Source: Chrysemys picta bellii (lineage: Eukaryota). From it: a DNA stretch of 64,000 nt. The notes under the pieces were generated by a model, which saw nothing but the letters and a program-made list of their open reading frames with translations, was not told the origin of the DNA and searched no databases. The position numbers were made by a program, and so were the translations under genes. Each line of letters begins with the position of its first letter. Position 1 is the first letter of the stretch. The stretch spans positions 992,001-1,056,000 of the forward strand of contig NC_088814.1 of NCBI RefSeq assembly GCF_011386835.1, in the 5' to 3' direction. Of this stretch, positions 12,620 through 21,100 are shown piece by piece.

Positions 12620-13680
12620 GCCGTTCCCTCAACCTAGTTGTGTCAGACGCAGCGTCATCTTCTTTAGATTCAATCTCTTTCTCCGGACTACTGCAAAGGA
12701 TATATGCCCTGTTTTCAGCATCAGCGATCAGGTGGAAGATCCTCACGGACAATGTTACAGATCTAACCCTGAAACCGCTAAGTGACACTCGCTGGGAGAG
12801 CTGCATAGGCAGCATAAGGCCAGTGAGGTACCAAGTGACTGAGGTTTATGACACCCTGGTGGAACCGGCGCAGTCGAGTAAAGCCAAGGCCAGAATCCGA
12901 CATGAGGCACAAAGCCTGGCAAACCAGATCACTCACTTCAAATTTCTGGTCGCAATTGTGGTTTGGCCCATATCCTGTTCCAAGAAAATTTTGTAAGCAA
13001 GGCATTACAAACTCCGACATCGCGACCTTGATTAGAAGCTGCCTTGATTTCATTGTGGCCTACAGAGACAACAGATTTGAAGATGCCATCACTAGTGGCA
13101 AAGAAATGGTGGAAAACTGAGGATTTGAGCCTGTCTTCAAGGAAACTTGTATTCATCAGAAGAAGAGACAGTTTGGTTACGAGGGCAGAGATGAGGTGAT
13201 GGGAAGCTTGGGAGAAAAATTCACGAGGGAGTTTTTTTGCTCGCTCCTTGACACTGCTTGAGTGTCCATTGAAGAAAGGTTCAGACAAATGAAGCACCAT
13301 GAAAAGAAGGCGGGGCGGGGGGGGGAGGAAGGGTTGTATGACCTTAGTAAGCTGCCAGGGGACAGGAAAAGACTCTTGAACAATTCACTGGATCTTCACC
13401 GGACGCTGACACATGGGGAGTGTTCGGACATCAATGCTAAAGACCTCTATGTCGACTTGGACAATAGCCATCCCATTCTGCCACACGGGAAACACTTTCC
13501 ACTCCAAGTTCTCCAATTCATGCATGATGCAGAGCTGGAGGACACTTTTCCTAATGTGTGGATAGCTTTGAGGATTCTGCTCACGCTGCCAGTGACAGTC
13601 ACGAGTGGTGAGTGCAGCTTTTCAAAGCTCAGGCTCATTAAAACATATCTTTGATGGATGATGGCTAATGAGAGACTGAC
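12620..13680 (+). pseudogene. hAT transposase remnant (ZMYM1-like/Tip100-type), with frameshifts and stops
   Basis: Fragments VSDAASSSLDSISFSGLLQRIYALFSASAIRWKIL...LKPLSDTRWES and the hATC dimerisation motif FPNVWIALRILLTLPVTVTSGECSFSKLRLIKTYL*WMMANERLT. Confidence 0.85.
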
Positions 13681-14153
13681 TGTCACGGAGTTTTGGGGAA
13701 CTCAGGGCCCTGCACCCCCCGCTTCCTGCGATTCACCATGACTCTCAGCCAGCCAGTAAAGCAGAAGGTTTATTTGGATGACAGGAATACAGTCCAAGAC
13801 AGGTCTTGCAGGCACAGACAACAGGGCCCCCCTCAGTTAGGTCCAGCTTGGGGTCCCAGGGCATGCCAGCCCACCCCCCTTGGGGGGTCAGAGCCATCTC
13901 TGCCTCCCAGCCATCTCTCCAGCCTCCTTCCAGCCTGCTTCCAGCACTCTGCCTTCAGCGCCCCCTCCCACAGCCTTTGTTCAGTTTCCCGGGCCCCGGA
14001 GTCATCTGACCTCCAACCCCCTCCTGGGTTCTCATGTTACAAGCTCAGGTATGTTCCCTTGGGCCGGCTCCCATCCCCCGATGCAGACCATCCTAGTCAC
14101 ACTCCCCTGTCAGCATTCACACACCCCAGCAAGAACAGTCCCAGTTCGTCACA
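13681..14153 (-). repeat. 3' LTR (473 bp)
   Basis: tgtcacgg...cgtcaca; appears identical to 17314-17786, and the three-frame ORF translations agree across both copies. AATAAA on the minus strand at 13769-13774. Confidence 0.95.
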
Positions 14154-14167
14154 TCTCTCCCCCCTTC
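14154..14167 (-). other. Polypurine tract
   Basis: GAAGGGGGGAGAGA directly abutting the 3' LTR on the minus strand. Confidence 0.85.
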
Positions 14168-14219
14168 GAGACCGAACTGAGCAGGGTCACTTTAGCCAGT
14201 GACCCGGGGAAGTTCGAAC

Positions 14220-16973
14220 CTACCCCCGTTCCCATGGATGCCCCCGCATCCCTCCAGTTCCTTGGTGAGAATTACACCAGGCCCCTCCAGTTTCACGCCC
14301 CCCCTTAGGTCGGGGGTGCTTGATGGCACTCGCAGTTCGCATGTGGGAAGGTTTATGCGGCCTGTGCCCTTTTCCCACCCCCATACCTCTGGGGTTCCAA
14401 CTGGGCTGTGGTCTTCTCCCAGCGCTCCAGTCTGGAGGTCTGTGCTTTGGGCTCTCTTGGTTTAGAGCCGCCCTTTTAACCTTGGCCACCCTCTGGAAAG
14501 GATCCTTTATGCTGGGCAAAGGTCCTAAAGCTGTTTTCCCCTTGTCCCAGGCCTTCCTCCCCCTCTGACAGGGGTCACAGGATCCGCAGTACTGTCGGAC
14601 AGTAACAAAGACCCCAGGCCAGTAAAAGCTCCGTAGCAGCCTCTGCTGGGTACGCCAGGTTCCCTGGTGCCCCGAGAGGGGAATGTCATGGGCCCGGCAC
14701 AGCAGCTGGCGGCGATACTTCTGGGGTACCACCAGCTGCCTCCTGATCCCCCCTGACTCCATTTTCCCTGGGGGAGCCCATTCTCGGTACAGGAACCCCT
14801 TCTCCCACAGGAACCTTTTCCGGCCACCTCGTCCCATGGTCTGTACCGCATTGAGGTCGGCCAGGTCCCTTATCTTCCGCAAGGAGGGGTCTCTCTGTAA
14901 CTCGGCCTGGAACTCAGCAGCTGGGACAGGGATGGCCACCTGCTCTTTCTCGCCCGCTGGGTCCGAAGCTGCAGCCTCCCTGAGCCGCGTCCCTGGGCGT
15001 TCCCTCCCCACCAGGTTAGGGTCCTGCGCCTCAGGCAAGGCACCCCCCCCAAGGCCAGGGCGCAGGGCCCCTCGCCGGCTCTGACTGCGGGTCACAACCA
15101 GTGCCTTTTGGGGGTTGCTTGGCCAGTTCTCCAGGTCCCCCCCCATCAATACCTCAGTGGGCAGATACGGGTGTACCCCCACATCCTTGGGGCCCTCCTT
15201 GGCCCCCCACTTCAGGTGTACCCTTGCCACGGGCACTTTGACTGGTGTTCCGCCCACCCCCGTCAGGGTCAGGTAGGAGTTGGGCACCACCTGATCTGGG
15301 GCCACCACCTCGGGCCGGGCCAGCGTCACCTCTGCGCCCGTATCCCAGTATCCATTGACCTTCCTCCCATCCACCTCCAGGGGAACAAGGTACTCTCTCC
15401 GGAGGGACAGCCCCGCGCCCACCGTATAAACCAAAAACCCTGAGTCTGGGGCATCCAGCCCCCTAGAGGAGCTGGCCTGGGGCCCTTCTCTCTCTTGAGC
15501 AGTTGATAAGCTGCCAGCCCCTCTTGCGTGAGAAGCCTGCCCCTCGTCCGTCTGGGCCTCTACCAAGTTAACCCTATGCGGGTTCGGTCTGCTCAGTCTG
15601 TCCTTGAGCTTGGGGCACTGGGCCCGAACGTGGCCTCTTCGGCCGCAGTAATAGCAGCTCATGTCCTGTGGGTCCCCTCGAGCCGGTCGGTTGTCCCTGA
15701 CGCTGGGCATTCCCCGTGGGAGGGGATTCCCCATATTCCCTCTTTGGGAGGTCCCAGGGTGACTCTCTCTCTGCATCACGGCGGGCCTGTTCCTTTGGGG
15801 CTCCTCCCTGCCACCCCCTGACCGGCTCTTTACAAACTCATCAGCCAGCTGCCCGGCGTGTCGCGGGTTCTCTGGCTTTCTGTCCACCAACCACAGCCTC
15901 AGGTCGGATGGGCACCGCTCATACAGTTGCTCCAGTACCAGCAGTTTAATCAGGTCCTCCTTCGTCTGGGCCCCACCAGCCCACTTGCTGGCGTATCTTT
16001 CCATGCGGACGGCTAGTTGCAGATATGAGATCTCAGGGGTTTTATCTTGACTCCGGAACCTTCCCCGGTACATCTCAGGAGTCAGCCCAAACTCACGTAG
16101 CAGGGCCTTTTTGAATAGTTCGTAGTCCCCTTTCTCTGCCTCTCCCAGTTGGCGGTACAATGCCACGGATTTGGGGTCCAGTAAGGGGGTAAGGACCCGG
16201 AGTCTGTCCGCGGGATCCACCCGGTGCAGCTCGCAGGCCGTCTCAAAGGCCTCCAGGAAGTCATCCATGTCCTCCCCCTCCTTGTATGGGGCCATGATGC
16301 ACTTATCAAAGCTCCGTGCAGTCCTGGGTCCCCCCTCACTCACCGCAACCGGGGGTTCGCTGCCCTTCAATCTCGCCAGTTCCAGGTCATGCTGACGCTG
16401 TCTCTCTTCATGCTGTCTCTGTCTCTCATTCTCCTCCCGTTCATGCTGTCTCTGTCTCTCTTCACGCTGATGCTGTCTCTCTTTCTCCTCCCGTTCATGC
16501 TGATGCTGTCTCTCTTTCTCCTCCCGTTCATGCTGTCTCTGTTGTTCACGATCCTCCAGCTCCCTCAGTTTTAGCTCTTTCTCCCATTCCAGCCAATTCC
16601 GCTCCCCGGATGCCGAACGTCGCCGGGAGGATCCTCTGCTGGCCGGCGAGCTTCGCCGGGGGGACCCCCTGCTGGCCGGGGGGGTCACAGCGCCTTCGGT
16701 ATTTGCTGGGCTCCTCCCCACCCTTCCCCTAGGCATAGGAAGGAGGGGTCTCGGGAAGCCCTCAGCAGCGGGCTGACCACTCCCAGCTGGGACAGACACT
16801 GGTGCCTGCGCTGCATTTGCCAGGCTGCTTCCCTGAGACACAGGGATCAGTTCATTCGCGCGATCTTCCGCCTCCAGCTGGGCAATGAGCTGTTCTTTGG
16901 TGAGCCTCCCAATGCGCAGCCGCCTCTGCTTGCACAGCTCCACCAGGTCGCTCTTAAGCCGCTTGGCATACAT
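14220..16973 (-). CDS. Retrotransposon polyprotein, 917 aa from the ATG: N-terminal helical domain, coiled coil, capsid/SCAN-like region, CCHC knuckle, aspartic protease, integrase H2C2 zinc domain; truncated before the DDE core, no RT or RNase H
   Basis: Motifs LVLEQLYERCPSDLRLWLVDRKPEN (SCAN-like), CYYCGRRGHVRAQC, YWDTGAEVTL, AHDIPLSGHQG...FYWPG...CGSCDPCQ, LPSIKDPFQRVA. Confidence 0.9.
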   Translation of the reverse strand: MYAKRLKSDLVELCKQRRLRIGRLTKEQLIAQLEAEDRANELIPVSQGSSLANAAQAPVSVPAGSGQPAAEGFPRPLLPMPRGRVGRSPANTEGAVTPPASRGSPRRSSPASRGSSRRRSASGERNWLEWEKELKLRELEDREQQRQHEREEKERQHQHEREEKERQHQREERQRQHEREENERQRQHEERQRQHDLELARLKGSEPPVAVSEGGPRTARSFDKCIMAPYKEGEDMDDFLEAFETACELHRVDPADRLRVLTPLLDPKSVALYRQLGEAEKGDYELFKKALLREFGLTPEMYRGRFRSQDKTPEISYLQLAVRMERYASKWAGGAQTKEDLIKLLVLEQLYERCPSDLRLWLVDRKPENPRHAGQLADEFVKSRSGGGREEPQRNRPAVMQRESHPGTSQRGNMGNPLPRGMPSVRDNRPARGDPQDMSCYYCGRRGHVRAQCPKLKDRLSRPNPHRVNLVEAQTDEGQASHARGAGSLSTAQEREGPQASSSRGLDAPDSGFLVYTVGAGLSLRREYLVPLEVDGRKVNGYWDTGAEVTLARPEVVAPDQVVPNSYLTLTGVGGTPVKVPVARVHLKWGAKEGPKDVGVHPYLPTEVLMGGDLENWPSNPQKALVVTRSQSRRGALRPGLGGGALPEAQDPNLVGRERPGTRLREAAASDPAGEKEQVAIPVPAAEFQAELQRDPSLRKIRDLADLNAVQTMGRGGRKRFLWEKGFLYREWAPPGKMESGGIRRQLVVPQKYRRQLLCRAHDIPLSGHQGTWRTQQRLLRSFYWPGVFVTVRQYCGSCDPCQRGRKAWDKGKTALGPLPSIKDPFQRVAKVKRAALNQESPKHRPPDWSAGRRPQPSWNPRGMGVGKGHRPHKPSHMRTASAIKHPRPKGGRETGGAWCNSHQGTGGMRGHPWERG

Positions 16974-17293
16974 CTTCCTGCTGGCCACTCACCGGCCTGT
17001 GTGCTCACAGCTCCCCACAGTTCCCAGGGGGACCCCTAGTGTGCCAGCCCTTCTCGAGGTCACCACCTCTCTGCCAGGGTCGAGCTGCAGACTCCTCCGC
17101 CCCTGGGACCACTCGCTGCGATCCCCCCAGGGGACCCTGTTACTGCAAAAGTCCTTCTCGCTGGTCACACACTCCCAGGGGTAATAACCGTCTCTCTCCC
17201 ACTCTTCAGCGTGCCTGGTCCCCGTCAATCCCCCTTCGTTTTACTGCTCCCCAGTCACTTACTGCAGGAAGCGCCGTCCACGGGGTGCAGTAG

Positions 17294-17311
17294 ATCCCGC
17301 CGCTGCCACCA
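17294..17311 (-). other. Primer-binding site complementary to the tRNA-Leu 3' end
   Basis: Plus strand atcccgccgctgccacca against the vertebrate tRNA-Leu(AAG/UAG) 3' end ATCCCACCGCTGCCACCA from memory (17/18); 2 nt from the 5' LTR. Confidence 0.8.
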
Positions 17312-17313
17312 GT

Positions 17314-17786
17314 TGTCACGGAGTTTTGGGGAACTCAGGGCCCTGCACCCCCCGCTTCCTGCGATTCACCATGACTCTCAGCCAGCCAGTAAAGCAGAAG
17401 GTTTATTTGGATGACAGGAATACAGTCCAAGACAGGTCTTGCAGGCACAGACAACAGGGCCCCCCTCAGTTAGGTCCAGCTTGGGGTCCCAGGGCATGCC
17501 AGCCCACCCCCCTTGGGGGGTCAGAGCCATCTCTGCCTCCCAGCCATCTCTCCAGCCTCCTTCCAGCCTGCTTCCAGCACTCTGCCTTCAGCGCCCCCTC
17601 CCACAGCCTTTGTTCAGTTTCCCGGGCCCCGGAGTCATCTGACCTCCAACCCCCTCCTGGGTTCTCATGTTACAAGCTCAGGTATGTTCCCTTGGGCCGG
17701 CTCCCATCCCCCGATGCAGACCATCCTAGTCACACTCCCCTGTCAGCATTCACACACCCCAGCAAGAACAGTCCCAGTTCGTCACA
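17314..17786 (-). repeat. 5' LTR (473 bp)
   Basis: Direct repeat of 13681-14153. Confidence 0.95.
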
Positions 17787-17791
17787 CTGAC

Positions 17792-17885
17792 ATCGCGTGC
17801 TATTTCAGCGCTTGAAAGTGCCATTGGCCTGTCTTTGGATCTGACGCTGCTTCAGTTCGTGAGGGCAAAGGTGAGAAAAGCGACC
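17792..17885 (+). pseudogene. C-terminal continuation of the hAT transposase after the LTR insertion
   Basis: Removing the LTR element and one TSD copy gives ERLTSRAISALESAIGLSLDLTLLQFVRAKVRKAT, which fits the usual ERL..LAILSIE...LD....F...K.RK end of hAT transposases. Confidence 0.8.
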
Positions 17886-17903
17886 TTGGGCACTAAAGGA
17901 CCA

Positions 17904-17952
17904 GGTTTCAAAGTAGCAGCCGTGTTAGTCTGTATCCGCAAAAAGAACAGGA
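17904..17952. mobile_element. Short Penelope-like retroelement terminal fragment
   Basis: ggtttcaaagtagcagccgtgttagtctgtatccgcaaaaagaacagga resembles a very common turtle Penelope-type terminus (recognised from memory). Confidence 0.55.
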
Positions 17953-18000
17953 CGAGGGTTAACATTCTAAGGCTGTCACCTACTGGAACACTACTTAATA

Positions 18001-18168
18001 CTGGTTTGCCGGAAGCTGGGAATGGGCAACCGGGGATGGATCACTTGACGATTCCCTGTTCTGTTCATTCCCTCTGGGGCACCTGGCATTGGCCACTGTC
18101 GGAAGGCAGGATACTGGGCTAGATGGACCTTTGGTCTGACCCAGTCTGGCCGCTCTTATATTATTATG
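18001..18168 (+). mobile_element. CR1-type LINE 3' end
   Basis: Ends tctgacccagtctggccgctcttatattattatg with a degenerate tail repeat; homologous to 7741-7890. Confidence 0.8.
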
Positions 18169-21100
18169 TCCACCCAATGTTGGTGCACAGTTCAATTTCT
18201 TGATGTTAGTACATTTCAGTTACTCTTCAAATTAAAAAGTTTCTATCAATTTAAAGGAAACAAATTATTTTTATTTGTTTACATATGGCATGAATAAATA
18301 GATTTACAGATCCTAGCGTGCACATTTATCGTCTTACGTGACAGGGATAAATCATGCATCTAACTCATGAAATGGGCTACAAATGCAATAAAAAATAAGG
18401 TATTCAAAAGTTTAACAAAGAGGCTCCTCGCCTAGGGCGCCATTTGGTCTAGGGCCGGCCCTGTTCAGACCAGATCCTTTATAGGGAGCTTAATTTATGC
18501 CTCTCCTTTCCTCTCCTTCTAGAGCTGGGAAAGTCAGACTGGGTCCCAGATCGCCCCTGGCCCTCCCAGGCTTGCTCCCTGCAGTCCATGCTCCATTCCG
18601 GTGTGAAATGACTCAGGCAGCGGGGTGACGCAGGTGTAATTGAGCTGTGGCAAAGTGCTTGTTCTAGTCATTTACTTACCGCTTTTAACCTGAGGCTTCA
18701 GAGCATCATGTTTACTGGAAAGCAGCAGCTGCCTCTCTCTTGCAAGTTGCCGGAACCGGGAACCGCCTCCTGCTCCGTGCAGCTGTGATTCAAGGTATCG
18801 GGCCCTTGGGTCTGTCTGCAGCCTCAGCGTGGCACCCAGCTCTGCTTTAGCTACTGGTGAAAAGAGCAAAGTGAGTGTGTAATAAAGACATTAAGCTATG
18901 AGCTATTAACGAGTCTATGGCCGGGACCAGCAGCCCTTATCTCGCATATGGACAAGCACCTGTTGCCTTTACCGGGGTGCTCTCCATTCGTTTCACAGCT
19001 CTGTGGAGCCATTGACACAAAATACAAAGCAATTGTAGCTCAGATTAATTTATTTCCCCTAAAGTCAGATTGTTTCTACTAAACGATTTCAGCCCAGCAG
19101 TGTCCTCCACCCAGATTAAAGCCACTAAACCCCATTTCCAGGACAATATACACAGATCCTTGGAGCAGCGGCTAAAGTTCACAACCCAGCACTAGTCAAT
19201 GTGCAGCACTGCAAATCCCCTTAACTGGGGGGGGAGGGGTCGGGAAACATTTAATGAAACATTGTTTCTGCAGAAGCCCTGGATAGGTCCGGGATCAAAC
19301 TGCAAATCCCCTGAACGCTGGTGGGTTCCCGAAAGCGTCACCTCCCCCCTGCTCAGTGACCAAGCGGATTGGGCACGACTTCTCCCGCCAGCACCCCCTT
19401 TGCTGAGACCCGCTCTCTCGCCTTGCTTGAAAATTGCTAATGTGTAGCTTGGGTGTGTGAGCTGGGAGAAGAAATCACCCCACCCCTCTGCTCCCCCGGG
19501 GCACGTGCTGCTGGGAGAACAGGCACAGGCCACTTGCAGAAACGTGTGTGGAATAACTCCCCCCTCAGCAATGCCAGGTCAGGGGAGGAAGGGGTCGCTG
19601 CATTCTGAAGCCAGAGCCAGGGTGCCAGATGGACCAACGGTCGGATGCAGTGCGGCAAACACTGTTCGTATGGCAGAGAGGGGACCTCGTGGTGACAGAC
19701 CACACACCTGGGCGCTCAGCGCTGCAGAATGATGTTCCCTCCCGGGCAGAGGAAGCACACACGAGGTTATCCCTGCCCCTCACACAGCTCCCTCAGATCC
19801 GCATTGGCCCGGCTTCCCTTCCCAGCGAATTCACTTGCCCAATACCCCCGTTTGGGCACAACGCCACGCGGAAGCAGCACGCCCGGTGCACGCTTTGCCT
19901 TCCCTCCAGGACCCGGCAGAGCTGCGGGCATGAGGCTGCAGCTTCCCCACTCCTGCAGCGTATGGCAGGTTTGTGAAGTTCCCTGCCCAGGAAGGCCAGG
20001 AATTGCTTTCCCTCTTCTCCTGTCCTGGCGGTGGCTTTTAGCAAGGCCAGGGATCCTCGGCCTGATGTACACAGGTTGGGTGGGGGAGCCCCTGGGTGGC
20101 TTTTTCTGCAGCTGTCCTGTGAGAATCATCTGCAGCTCAGAGACAGGGACACTAGAACATGCGGCTCAGGGCTGGGAGAGGAGGATATTGATCTTGGCAC
20201 CAACTGGTGCAAACCCACTGCTTCCAAAATCACGCGGGGAAAGAACTGTCTCCCCTGCGCGAGAAACCCTGCGCGTCAGGACTGCTGCCACCTCCCAATG
20301 GCGCAGGCGCAGCAGGGCCAGTTGTGCTGCTCACCCTGCTGCACAACCAGTTCTGCCACAGACAGATGTCAGACGCCCCCGGCAGAGGAAAAGCAGGTTC
20401 CCTCTCCTCTCTCCCTTCTCAGCATTGACCCCACCACCGAGCACGGGGTGAATGTTGTTAGATAAGCTATGGGGCTTGGCCCAGTGCATGGAAATGGGAC
20501 CAAATCCAGAGCGGGTCTAGAAGGCTGTACAGAGCCCAGGCTTGATGACCAGGTGGAAAAGTGGGAGCTCACCTGGCATTTGAGCTCCTGGGCTACATGG
20601 TGAGCTCCAGAGCTAACAGTGTTAACGCTGCAGGGAAGGGCTGGCACTGGGGCACCAGGCCTCTTTGCCTCCAGGTCACTGGGACGTATCCGGAGCTGGC
20701 TGGGAGACACCCCAGCTGCCAGGGCTCACGGGTCTGTGTGCACTGAACCGGGTGGGGACCTCAGCTCAGCTTCCGGCAGCCAGGTGTCCCTATCACAAAA
20801 GCCACTTCTGGGATCAGGCCTCTTGCCAGCAGCCTCAGCAGAGGGGCCAAGCCCTGATGAGCATGGAGAACGAACACCCCTCTTCCACCCACAGAGGTCG
20901 CAGCGGGTGAGGGGGAATCAGGCTGGCAGAGGGACAGGGCAAAGGGAGCTTGACCTGGCATTGTCCCATCGTGCCACCTCTGGGGATGCCCCAAGGAGTT
21001 CAGACTCCAGCCCCAAACTCGCCACAGCTGAAAGGGGTGTGGCTGCTGCACGGTGGCAGGAACAATACAGCCAGAGACAGGCACCTTCCAGCCACCTCCT

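Larger units (their letters stand above)
13681..17786 (-). mobile_element. Gmr1-like Ty3/Gypsy LTR retrotransposon, internally deleted and non-autonomous, 4106 bp
   Basis: Two 473-bp LTRs with TG...CA ends, TSD CTGAC (13676-13680 and 17787-17791), PBS, PPT and a gag-protease-integrase-N ORF. Confidence 0.95.
11363..18463 (+). mobile_element. Decayed hAT DNA transposon carrying nested insertions
   Basis: TIRs cagggccggatttag (11363) and the reverse complement of ctagggccggccctg (ends 18463), 12/15 match. Flanks atcagaac and ttcagacc (6/8) are a degenerate 8-bp TSD. Internal transposase remnants are present. Confidence 0.75.

Noticed and set aside
12263-12637. 124-aa ORF as a host gene
   Set aside because: It lies inside the hAT element and is at best a degraded transposase N-terminal piece.
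13693-14202. Duplicated ORFs 13693..14202 and 17326..17790 as paralogous genes
   Set aside because: They are chance frames in the two LTRs, antisense to the element.
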